DNA of 64,000 nt, from assembly GCA_029953675.1 (NCBI GenBank), contig JAMWBK010000010.1:434001-498000 (forward strand), in the 5' to 3' direction. Shown in pieces: positions 23,801-38,034 of the stretch. Made by a program: the position numbers and the translations under genes. The notes beneath the pieces were generated by a model, which saw only the letters and a list, made by a program, of their open reading frames with translations, ran no database searches and was not told the DNA's origin. This stretch comes from Rhodosorus marinus CCMP1338. Its lineage: Eukaryota > Plantae > Rhodophyta. Within the stretch, counting starts at the first letter, position 1. Every line of letters starts with the position of its first letter.

Positions 23801-24454
23801 ATGCAAAGAAGCTTGTTGAATCTGGTTTCTTCGGCAAGGTGAACTCGAAGGGAAGCGAATGGCACAAGGCGACAGTAGCTGGAGACACTGTTGGAGATCC
23901 CTTCAAGGACACCTCAGGCCCATCCATGAACATTTTGATCAAGATGATGACCGTGTTTGGACTCGTGTTCGTACCCAAAATGACAGTTGGATTAGAGCAA
24001 GGTTGGATCGGTTTGGTATTGGGCGGAGCTACATTGCTGGTCGCAGCATTCTTTACGTATCTAAAAATTAGAAGCGGCGCAAGGCTCGCGAAGGAGGCGA
24101 GGAAAAAGACCACTGATGACGACGAGGGCGCACCGCTTGTGGCTCCTGATGCAGAGTCACCGTTCGTTGAAGCCGGGACGACCGTTCCCCTGTCACGGGT
24201 AAACCGCAAGTCAGCCCTGTATAGTGACAATGACGCTGGTGACGTCGTGAACCTCTCAGGTACGTACCATCTTCCAAGATGGCTTACGTGAACTTGAAGA
24301 TGGAAGGCGTAGTAGCCTCTTACCTCTCATTTGGTCTTTCCTATCTGTAGATGTCATGACTGGTACGAGGGAGGTTGTTGACGAGCTGGAAAATGCGGAT
24401 GACCTTGATGAAGCTCGTGGTGTTGGAGTCGATCCATCGAAGAAGGACGACTAG
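20890..24454 (+). CDS. Membrane-bound H+-translocating pyrophosphatase (V-PPase), K+-dependent type, 5 exons
   Basis: Exons approximately 20890-20946, 21036-21348, 21471-21765, 21844-24259 and 24351-24454. Motifs [61 protein letters not shown] (Ala form, K+-dependent) and GDTVGDPFKDTSGP. Confidence 0.97.
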
Positions 24455-25212
24455 GTGCCAGTTTTTTGGACGCCCAGTTCCTTTGTGTTCTCATTTGAAA
24501 AGTCATGTGAAGAAGCTTTGGAAATGTTCAACCGCGTGCAGTTGAGGAGTGAGGGCGAGGACGGATGTTTGGCGGTCCGTGGGCAACCCCATTTCGGGGT
24601 CGTTCCCTGTTTCCTTTACGAAAGCGTTGTCTGGTTTTGTGTTTTGCCCATTAGATTTTGCTCACCTAAGCAGAGGTGTGCATATGTTTGATGCAGTTTT
24701 CTGCTTTCAGATTGTCATGTAGGAAACAGCTCATGCTTTTTTTTTTGGTGTTAGTCGATGAGTAAAGAAGTTTTGGGTCCATCAGAGCTCTGGTACTGAG
24801 TCTACTCCACTCAGAAAGGTCATATTTGGCTTTGGCGCATGCCATCCAGATTGTATCCTACGGCACGCAGGCCCTCTTTGTTCTGGTTTTCTCGTTGGGA
24901 GAAGACACCCAGGTTCATTAGCTTCCCCCCGACTTGGGATTCGGGGCAGTGTCGAAGAGCTTGGCGCAGTGAGACTTGAGTGCGCTGTGTTGGACTCGGG
25001 CACAAGTGCACAGCTCAGGTCCGTTACTCAGTAAGAGTTTACATACTACGAGACAATCTTTACTTTGTAAAACCGGGCTTTCTTGACTAATTCATTTTTT
25101 CATACCCTGTGTGAGACCTTGTTCAAAGCCTCCAAATCAACAACATCGATCGACAGGAGCATCCGAGCTCCTTTTTGCAGAGAAATAGCTTGAAGTAGCT
25201 ATCGTACCTCTT

Positions 25213-26106
25213 CTAGCCGGCTTTAGCCAGAGCGCCGAGCACGGTACCCGAATAAGAAAATGCGAGCTGAGTTTCCTTAAGACAGTCATCCTTCACGTCT
25301 CGTGGCCAGTCCTTTGCAACGTCGTCAATGGTCTTCCGAACCTCAGCGAGGATCTCCTTCACGTCACGATCCCAAACGTAAAAGTCAAACTCAAATCTAC
25401 TCGTTAGAGAAACAATGACCACCTCATTTAGAAGAAGCCGAGGGCACTAGATTCAAGGGAAACTGTCACCAAGCAAAAGCGCTTACCCATCAAAGAGCAT
25501 GCTCGACATCATTCGGCCGATCATGCGGCCGCCGGCTGTATGTGCAAAATAGTAGTTGTACCAGTGGCACAGGAACGCGTTTGGTCGATCAGCAATAAGT
25601 TTCTCCAAATAGACCACATACTTCTCCGCCGCCTTTGAAGGGTCTGGGACGCTGAATCCTTGATCTGTGAACCACACGATGTCCCTCTCCAGCGCGTCGG
25701 TGCGTTCCAGCCCACTGTTCTTAAATCTCGCAAGCGTTTCATCATCCGAGCTCTTAATCTTCCCTTCAATGTACTCATAGACACACTTCGAGTCAACCAA
25801 AAACTGCAGATAATCCTCCTTCGCTGGCCTCCACTCGTTTATTGGCAGCGCACTCTCCTCCTGCATGCCCTCCTTCGCCTGATCCTTGGTGTGCAATTTC
25901 ATCGCCACAAACCTCATCTCCTCAACAAATCCCTTGTGCGAGCCAGGCCTCCTATCCGGATCAGCCTGTCGCGCCGGAGCTTCCGCTTCCCCGTGTCCAT
26001 GGGCCGTAGTCATCGACAGCCTCCCACAAGGACGACTGCAAACCCGAGGACTCCTATTCAACGCTCTCCCAGTTGACAAAAACCCACTCACAAATCCAGC
26101 CACCAT
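25213..26106 (-). CDS. Plastid heme oxygenase (plant HY1/HO1 type), 2 exons
   Basis: MVAGFVSG transit peptide; FVEEMRFVAMKLHTKDQAKEG, FLCHWYNYYFAHTAGGRMIG, CLKETQLAFSYSG. Confidence 0.93.
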
Positions 26107-26397
26107 CACGAGATATCTCTATCTTTCTATTTCCACCCTCTCTACAAAAATAACCAAAGAAAACCTTCCAACCTCTCCCTCCCCCGCCCCTCCCTGTCCC
26201 TCCCTCTCTGACCGAACAATACCTCGACCCCTATATATACTACAAAACCATAAACCCACCCTCCACTACCCCCCAAAATCCACGAAAACTCAACACCAGG
26301 AGATTTTTTTCTATAACAGATATCCGTTGGTGCGCCTCCTCTGAACAAAAAAATTCTCAGATCACAAAGCCCAATACTCTCTTATAATACATACAGC

Positions 26398-26482
26398 TTC
26401 TCTCTCTCTCTCTATCTCTCTCTCTCTCTCTCTCTCCCCCTTTCTCTCTCTATCGCTCTCTCTCTCTCTATCTCTCTCTCTG
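26398..26482. repeat. Interrupted (CT)n/(GA)n microsatellite upstream of the heme oxygenase gene
   Basis: Read directly. Confidence 0.9.
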
Positions 26483-27960
26483 TCTTCTTCATACACAAAA
26501 GTTACTGATCATCTCCCATTACTATAGTCCGTATTCTCATCTTCCTCCCTAACCCCCCCCCCCCCGCTTTCCATTGCTTTGCATGTAGGAAATATCTAGT
26601 ACTAAGAAATACGATATATATAAGTGTCAAAACAAATATCAATCACAATAGTAATATTTTAACATTTAGACAATATATTTGGTTTATATGGACTGAATTT
26701 AGGGATGACAGTTAAATTAGTATTAGAGGACGACTGAACTTGAACTGACCTCCTCGAAAAACGACATTGGAGGTTCTTTTGGGTTTCGTTTTTCGTTTAT
26801 TTGTTTGAGTTTCGATCTGAAAGTAGGTAAAAATTTATCCTCGTTAGCAAAGGGGTGGATGTATAAGGACTTGAGGTTTTACTTATTTGGTATTTTATAG
26901 GTTTTTGGTCGGGATGTGGAGACTATTTGCCTGTGCAAAGGGGGGGTAAAGTGCGGCAGTTGATCGTTGGGAAATGAGAAAGAAGAAAGGCGGAGGGGGG
27001 GGAAGGGGAATGGGGACGGGCATAGTTTGGATTTTTGTTCGTTTTTATAAAAAATATGATGCGATCTGCGAATGCAAGTCCGCACGAAGAAGGGGTGCTG
27101 ACGAGATTTTTTTGAGACATTTCTCACTCGGCGAGGAAAACGGAAGAAAAATTTGTCCGCGCGATGTGGTCTTTGGTTTTTCTTCGAGTTTTTACATTGG
27201 AAGGTCGAGAACATCGGCTCTTTTTTTGGCCCCTAGGGGGTGCGAGCGTTGCAGTTTGTCGAAAATAATTTCGACGTTCAAGACTTAACGACGAGAATCA
27301 AGTTTTTCTTAACAAAATAAAAGAGTTTCTTGTATTGTGTTTGGAAAAGACCTTATCCGACTGATCCTGCGATGGGGTACCATAGACGAAATGGATAAAA
27401 TATATACTGAAATATAACTATTTTTATAAATGTATTATGTAATAAATTAGGAATACTGTAAAATTTAAACAAATAGTCATTTGTATTATAATGTATTTAG
27501 CTAATAATTTTAATTGTCTCATCTAGGGGCATTAAAATAATAAATAAGATTGTTTTGAAAATATGATTAGTTTGGTTTTAATGGATCGGATAGGATTTGG
27601 TTGTAAGGTTTTTTTTTGGACAGATGAGAATGTCGGCTAAAAGGGTTTGGGAACCGAGCTGGTCAGAGTCCGAAGTGCTGGTGAGTGGCAGGTCGCTTCT
27701 CCCTAGTGACGCTCACGAGATAAGCTCATTATCTGTCAAGCCAAGGAGCGCTGCAAATCCGCGCTTCCGGGATTTTCTGGTGACGTTAAAGAATGGGTTG
27801 AATGCGATTGTTCCCGGCGATCTCAGTTTTCCGACAGCTATCATCTGGCCGTGGGGCTCTCTGCAACAGAAGGGATGCGGGAAATTTCCCTGCTACCGTT
27901 CTAGCTTACCGAGTATAGATTGGATTCCAGCTTCCAGCACTGCAAGTATTACGCTGATGG

Positions 27961-28151
27961 ATACTTACCTGGCCGGGCTGATCGCTCCTCACGTAAGAGC
28001 ATCTGCTTGGAAGAGAGTGAGCATAGCACGTCACTTTGTCTTTTCGGACAACTGTGGCAGTCTCGCTTGACTCCTACGAAGTCACCTCTGTGTGACTGTC
28101 GACGGCTTAATTTCTGACCATGGGGAGATTCGCGTTCGCGCGACCTCCCCT
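27961..28151 (+). ncRNA. U1: U1 spliceosomal snRNA sequence (191 nt), probably a retrocopy
   Basis: Starts ATACTTACCTGG. Helix H GCCG/CGGC; SL1 with CTCACGTAAG loop; SL2 with ATAGCAC; SL3 CGAAGTCAC...GTGACTGTCG; Sm site AATTTCTG; terminal SL4 GGGGAG-CGCG-TTCG-CGCG-CTCCCC. Confidence 0.95.
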
Positions 28152-28645
28152 AACTCCCGCGGTGGCATCGGAAATTGCTGATGAGAGTGACGCCCCAGCG
28201 GTACAGCGGGTGGCGGATCTCGTGAATGACCTCAAGGCGCGTCGCAGTGAGTACATTGACCTCTCCATCCCTTGTCCTCAGGCGACCAGGTACCTGCCTG
28301 CTTCGGCTCGGCGTCGAGGAGCTGCAGCTCGGTCCATGCGGCAAGTGAAAGATTCGCAGTACGCGGCAGCGATGTCAAACCCTACCTTGCGCGATTCGGT
28401 GGTGACATACCGGTTCGTCCCCCTCATTATTGAGTGCTTTGGCTTGATAGATAGTGTAGGTTCTCGCTGGCTGCGAGCTCTGTTTCGCAACGACCCAGGG
28501 CGTTTAGATAGTCTGCTCACGGAGCTTTCTTTGACCCTGTGGCGCTCCAATTCTGCTTTGTTTGTGGACGCGCGTCATCAGCGTTCTGTCTCTCGCTTCT
28601 CAGGGTAGTTAGCCTCTGAATAAACGGATCATCATCATCATCATC
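28152..28645 (+). mobile_element. 3' fragment of a restriction-like-endonuclease (CRE-like) non-LTR retrotransposon with (ATC)6 tail
   Basis: Encodes RVADLV...EYIDLSIPCP...KDSQY...FVPLIIECFG...LTELSLTLWRSN, ending at stop 28606-28608; short 3' UTR with AATAAA; (ATC)6 at 28628-28645. Homologous to the copy at 46872-47518. Confidence 0.85.
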
Positions 28646-29210
28646 GATGGTAAGTGATCGAGGAAAATGCGCCCACAGCACCATGCACAGTGGAAAATTG
28701 CACAGATCATTGGCTCCCATTTTACGTCTTATGTCTATTGCTTATCTGGTTTTTAGTTCCAAGGCGAACGCTATACACATCAGAGTCCTCATAACGCGCC
28801 TGTTCTGGGTGCTTGCGGAAGCAGCCTTGCTCCCGTCCTCGGCGTCTTTTTTATCGGTGAGGGCAATCCGTCCTTTATGTAACCTCCTCAAAAACACCAA
28901 TTTGCAACATTCTGTCTCGTACACTCTCAGCCAGGGTTAACTTGACATGACCGGGACTGCTCACAGCCTTTTGAAGAAGACCCTCGGCCCTAAGCACATC
29001 CAGAAAAACGAGCTGAATCTTTAGAATAGGCCCTCAGCTGAAAATAATGGAAAAAAAAAATTCAGCAGACGCTTTGGTAGAATGGTGGGCAGCGCTTGGC
29101 AAGTTCAGATCCCCCTCATAGCATTGGGACTTGCGTCGGAAATGAAATTTGTGCAAGAGTTGATCAGATTTTTATTACAGCGTAACCCCAGCTTAGTCAA
29201 GGGCACAACA

Positions 29211-32315
<3,105 letters not shown>

Positions 32316-33929
32316 CCCTCAGGCACTGCTCATACGCACAGAATTTCACTTTGAAAACTAGACCACGACCAGCTCCAAGTATTCACTGCCTTCTTCCTGA
32401 AATCGAACAACCACTGAAATGAGCCTTCTCTACCTTAGGAGTGCGAAGTCGATGTTTTCACCAAGACGAAACCAGCAAACGCTCGGACTATTGAGCAACA
32501 ACCTTCCACTGTATATATACATATGTCCAAGCGCACTGTCGGCAATGATAACTTCAGCAAGCACACAGAGACGGGGACTCTTGAGGGCCAGGCTTGCAGA
32601 GAGTTGTCTCCTCGTCATGTTGAATGCTGTGTCTGCGAGAGAGAGAGAGAGAGAGACCTCATCGATGCGGGAGAGCACGAACCGAGCGGGTTGAGGGAGG
32701 TCTGCCTCTCTGCACAATATAAAATCTCAACTCGAGCTATTTGCTTGTTCAAAACTGGCCAAAATCCAACGAAAACAAGCAGAAGAAAAAGGTTCAAAAA
32801 GGGGGGGTTTGGAATTCTTCGAACACAGAACAAGGATCAAGCGAGATCATCTTCTCATGTAGTGCGTGGACACCCATCCTCGCCAAGGACTTCAGCCCGA
32901 ACTCCTAGCTCTTCAGCCATAAGAAAGACAAGCCAAAACCAGCGGGCGGCGATTAAAATGCCATCTTTCTGGATATTGTTAACATTTTTCAAAGTATTTA
33001 ACTAGGGTAGTCATAAACCGTCGCATAAAACAAAATTTTGCGGAAAAATTATTGAATAAGTGTAGAAATGTAAAGGATGTTTGATAACAATGCTTCTAAA
33101 AAACATGTCCGATTTTACCGCTCCGATAAAACGTCCCATATTCAATCAAAACCAGTAAAATAATCAATCATCTACTGCCCAGATATTGAATCATGATTGT
33201 GACGTCCTGACATGACATCTGGCTAAACATATTGGTGAGCTAAAAAAATAACCCCCATGGGTACAAAATATAGTAAGTCTATGATGCGCCCAGTGGGCAA
33301 GATATTGTACGGACGGGGCTAATAATAGTAGTCTTACATACCCAAGTCATGAACCCGAAGGCTATAAATACGGAAGTTACGACCTTCCTCCTTAGGATTA
33401 GAGTAGAGGGAGGTTTCCAAGATAGAGAAAAAGATAAAAACATGAAAGGGAATTTGAACTATTTTGGATCACCAACACGCGGTTAATGGAGAACGTGTCA
33501 ATGACTACTTCTCGGGTGCCAGGCTGTCACCTTTGTATATTGAATTATGATTACTTCGGTGATGACAGACTGTCAGATAGAATCTGATCGAGTCATGTCC
33601 CGAAAACACAGGTTCAGAAGTACAGCTAGGCTAAAGTTAGAGAATCGTGATGGAATTTGTCACCATATCCTTATCCTGGCCGCGGACGCCGAGAGACGAT
33701 ACGTCTCTCCAGGGTCGACAATCGCCTCCCTCCGACCTTTTAAATCAAGAAAGGTCTCGACATGAAACGCCAGTGCCTAAAGGAAAGGTGTGACTCCTTC
33801 CCTCCCCTGAACACGGAGGGTAGCTTGAAGTCCTTGAGTCATCCGTCCTTGTCAGAGGCACTGCTCTCTCTGATAAACTGCTTAGAATCTGAATTCCCGT
33901 AGGAATTCGTCAGAGGAGTAAAACCTGAA

Positions 33930-35400
33930 CAGCTTATACCCATTCCGGAGTCAGATTACCGATAAAATGACCGGGCCCGGGAAGATTTGCAAGCTGCAGA
34001 GCAGGAGCGACACCGGGATACTCATGTTGGTCAAGAGATTCCGACGTGGCCAGAATTTATGACCCTAAGTCGAACGAATTTCGACAATCCCGACACTGGC
34101 GTGTGTCCGAGGATGTCTTCCCTGCGAAGGAGGTCAATCTGCGAAAACCAACCGATCAGCAAATTGGCATTGAGACCATGTTAGAGAATACGTGACCTCC
34201 GTTGTATTTCTCCAAGCTCCGGTGTCTTCTCTTACTATTAGTCGTGGGGGCCCTGTTCCGCCAACCCCCACGACTTGGGCTAAGTAATCTATTCGCACCT
34301 TTTGGGAGCCCGCGGTGATTCTACGTCAGGCTACAGTATACTATCCATACACCGGATATACTACCCAGCTACGCTTACCTGGTCTGACCTTCAAACCATG
34401 CCTACTGTGGCGGTGGAAAGCACAGTCAATGCCGGCCAACACATACCGTAACTATGACATCTCTTTCGGGAGTTCGCTCGAAGAGAAGGACAAGGAAAAA
34501 CCAGAAATTAGAAAAAAGAGGTTATATCTGAGACGCGACATTCCAACAGACTGGTACGCGCTGTATACGCTCTGTCCCGACGAGGGTAGTCTTTCGTTTG
34601 ATGGTGTAAAATTATGAGTCCTCCCTTCTGGTGGCTGCCGGATTGGGTCATCTGGTACTACACAACCGTTCTCCATCCGTACTTTGAGAACCTTGACTGC
34701 CTTCGAGGTGGCAACTGGTCAATGAGTAGTGGACGTCTCAAAACAAAAATTGCTTTGAACGCGGTGCTCTTTTCAACTGTACAAGTGAGGAGTATCAGCC
34801 CGGACCCTGCGTCAACTCTGATCGTGGTTCACTTTTGCTTTGCGAAACCCGAAAAGAATCATAAGGGAGGTAACGTGCTGGAGAGCATTGTCAGACAAGA
34901 AGTTCTCCAAGGATATCATTGTATACGTCAAATGAACATCTAAAGCTGATTCATACGTTCATCGCTACCCCCGCTGCGAGCTGATGTACGCGATAAGCTC
35001 ATCCTCAACCTCGTGAAGGTAACGTTGGTTCCTGCGTACGGAAGAAGCCCTATAATCTCGCCTTATACAGTAGAGTGATATGTACGAATGCGTAGGAAGC
35101 GTTCAACTACGCTTTATTCGAGAGCCCTATGGGAAAATTCAAAGCTAGCCAACTATCTTAATCTCCGAAGCAGGGAAGACGTATTTCACGCTCTCAACGG
35201 GCGGTTGAAGTAGGTCTTCCAGGAGCTCACCTATGTCCGGATGTGCATCGAGCTCTGGACCCAAGTGCGCATTGTTGATCTTTTTACGTACAAGAGGGTT
35301 TCTTAGTCTTTCAGGGTCCAGTGCATTCCTCGTTTTGGACTGGATGCATATCGAGATGCTTCTATCTGAAGCCTCCCAGGAGGGCGCGATTACAATAGCT
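33930..35400 (+). mobile_element. Highly decayed Ty1/copia retrotransposon pol relic
   Basis: Frameshifted fragments in copia order: KLQSRSDTGIL/GYSCW...ARIYDPKSNEFRQSRHWRVSEDVFP (integrase C-terminal region, ~33990-34120), IRTLRTLTAFEVATGQ*VVDV/KT..LNAVL (RT, ~34670-34780) and a weak LSEASQEG (RNase H-like). No LTRs found. Confidence 0.55.
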
Positions 35401-36486
35401 CAGCAAATTCGAGCGCGGGGAGCGAAGCGTTTGTTGTGGGTTGCGGTATTCTGGGTTTGAGCGTTTGCTTCGTTGAGTCTGACTCTGTGGCGCTGTAACG
35501 CCGCCTTAGTCCTGGAGGTGCGCTCTTTACGCACCTCGAAGGCTACCCCAGTCGGGGGTCTTAGCAGCTGATTAATACCGATCTTTAGTCCGAGGTATCG
35601 AGCCGATCGCCCAATACTTCCGTTAGCTAGTTTCAGACAAGACTCCTGGACAGATAGTCTGGGTGTGTTTACGTCGTACTAAGATTGTTTGTGGTGGAGT
35701 GCGTGTGGGTAGCTGCCGAACGAAGGCTACTAGTGAGTCCTTTAGTAAAGCGTTCATGGTTACCTTTCCGCGATGCAAGGTCGTTAGGGTTTGGACAGAT
35801 AATGTCAATTTGTCGTCAAAATTAAGCAAGATTATAGGCTGGATATATTCAAAATATAGAAATAATAGACTAAAGTTTTCGCGTTTTATCGGGAATTCGG
35901 GGTAGAAACGGTGGAAGATAAAAAGCTCTCAAAAAAATCAATCCCTAAAATAAGGATATATTTTGTAAATTAAGAAAAGCCGGCGACCATGTAAATTAAA
36001 AAACAGAGCTAATGACAAAACACCGCCAAGTCAGAAAAAAAGAAGTTTCTTGTTAGCCAAGATTTAGCGCACTTCTGAATTGACGAATTTGGGCATTGAA
36101 TGAGGTGGGGATCCAAGACTAGCGTTTTCTATCATTGAACGATTTGGGATGACCACGAGAGGTGCGCGTTTTCTATCATGGTGGGATGGATGATCGCGGG
36201 CTTGATGGGTTGCCTATAAGATTGGAGGTTTTGAGGTTTGGAGGTGTTGGGGGTTGGTGGGAGGGGAGGGAGGTAGAATGGTTGGTTCTTCTGTTTGTGT
36301 TTTTGTTGCTGAGGTGGGAAAGGCTAAGAGTTTTGTGTGTTTTTGGCATTGTGCTTTTTTCTTTGTGGGTGTTTAGATTAGATAGGGTACAGATCGTCTC
36401 GTTTCTGTGAGGGGAGGAGGGGGATTAGTACTGGGGGCCTTTTCTTTTTTTTTGTTTCCAGTGGGTAACATACGAAAGTGAATGAG

Positions 36487-37047
36487 ATGCCTAGTGCAAT
36501 TGCGCTGAACGGGGAAGGGGTTTCGAGATGTTATCCCTTCTGGTACGACTTTGTGAAGGTGGGTTAGGGCTAGTCGAGTTCTTGTTTCTTTTGTTCTTAA
36601 GGAGCTGTTGTACGTTAGTGACTTTTGCTTACGTGTTCTGTCTTTGCTTCCCATTCTTTTTTGCTTTGTTTCGTGTTTGTACTGAACCACGGTCGCCACC
36701 TCACGCTTGATCTGCCAGTGCATGTATGTACATGAAAATCATCAGGAAAGAGTGGAGAACTGCACTGCATTCAACCACGACTATTATGAATGTATGCACG
36801 GCTTCAAAGCGGTAAGTCAGAAGATCTTTCCCTGTCTGTTTGAAAACCTCTGCACGGTTAGGGAGCGTTGACATTGCTCATTGCTCCATTGTTGCTTTCG
36901 TCTCACCAGAAACGAAGGCAAGCTGATCTGTATCGAGTCGAACAAGCAAAGAGAAACGGCACTTGGGATCCGGTCCATTATCGATCCCGCATGAGACCAG
37001 AATTTTTAGGTACCCCTTATCATCACCCACCGGCTGAGGAGGAATAA
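36487..37047 (+). CDS. NDUFS5: NADH dehydrogenase (complex I) 15-kDa subunit, 3 exons; absent from the ORF track
   Basis: Exons 36487-36558, 36719-36811 and 36910-37047 give MPSAIALNGEGVSRCYPFWYDFVK|CMYVHENHQERVENCTAFNHDYYECMHGFKA|KRRQADLY..., a twin Cx9C pattern with RCYxFW and DYxECxH. Confidence 0.88.
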
Positions 37048-37504
37048 TGCCGAGACGCTAACATCTCTCGGCATAGCATTGCGACTGGGAGATGTGGGAC
37101 TATGACACAGGGTTGATGTTATCTGTCAGTGACATTGTTCTACGCGCATTTGATGCTTCTTGTTCAGAGAGCAGAGCAAGCCTAATTTAAAAATTTAGTT
37201 TCAAGGAAGCGATAAACTGTGATTCTTGAAAACCACTCCCCAATGTGGATGGGGTTTTTAACGCAGCTTGAAGCTCGTATTATTGATCCCTCGTCGGTGG
37301 GGAAAGTCCACAGGTGATAGATTTTCTAGGTTTTACTTTTAAGTCTGATCAAATGCATTGGGTCTTAGGGTTCTACCCCCAGCAAAAAACGGTGATCGTG
37401 GGCACACGACGAGTTGAGCCAAAGTTCTCCGAGGACCTCCAGCACACTCCACAATATGAACAAAATCCCAAGCTAGCCATTCTGCTATGTTCACTTGCTC
37501 CTGG

Positions 37505-38034
37505 CTATGGCCATCCCGCCTCTGCTTGTTCAAGAACGAATTTCGCGACAGCCTCAAGCTCTTCATCGCCTAGCTTCCCCGCGTAGTTTGGCATCGCTCC
37601 CTGCGAATTTTTCATACAGTGTGGACTCTCAGAACTGGATCCGATTTCTCGAAACCTCAAAACAGAATGGTTACAAAACAGCAAGAATCTTGCATTGGAA
37701 TTTAGCTCACTTTGCCGTTCCTCATTAGTTTTACGATGTTCTCCGTCGAATCCATTTTGTTCTTCGCCAGCGCCTTCTGCTTCAACGTTTTCCCCCGCGC
37801 GTACGGAATGATGTTCCCGCCGCCCAGATGGCATGCTGCACACTGCGCCTTGAAGATATCCTCTCCCTGAGAGATGACCTGTTCCGGCGCAGCCCAAGCC
37901 TGGCTGAAACCTATCAAACACACCCCAATTGAAGCTGCGGCAAAGGTTTCGAGACGCCCAGAGCAAATCACGCGATCAGCACGTCTCGTTCGATACGCGC
38001 CGTTCCCCACCACAAAACCCACGCACGATTCCAT
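37505..38034 (-). CDS. Nuclear-encoded, plastid-targeted cytochrome c6-like protein (c6B/C-like), 2 exons
   Basis: MESCVGFVVG bipartite presequence ending AWA; CAACH haem site; NGK|GAMPNY with axial Met; C-terminal EQAEAGWP. Confidence 0.9.

Larger units (their letters stand above)
27624..28940 (+). pseudogene. Small spliced gene of unknown function interrupted at a 5' splice site by the U1-retroelement insertion
   Basis: ATG at 27624/27630 (MSAKRVWEPSWSESEVL) followed by a GTGAGT donor at 27681. Removing the insertion restores GATG|GTAAGT with a 107-nt intron ending TTTTTAG at 28756. Reading frame and product are ambiguous. Confidence 0.4.

Noticed and set aside
28120-28608. 162-aa ORF as an independent gene
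   Set aside because: Its ATG and first codons are U1 stem-loop IV sequence; the rest is a retroelement fragment.
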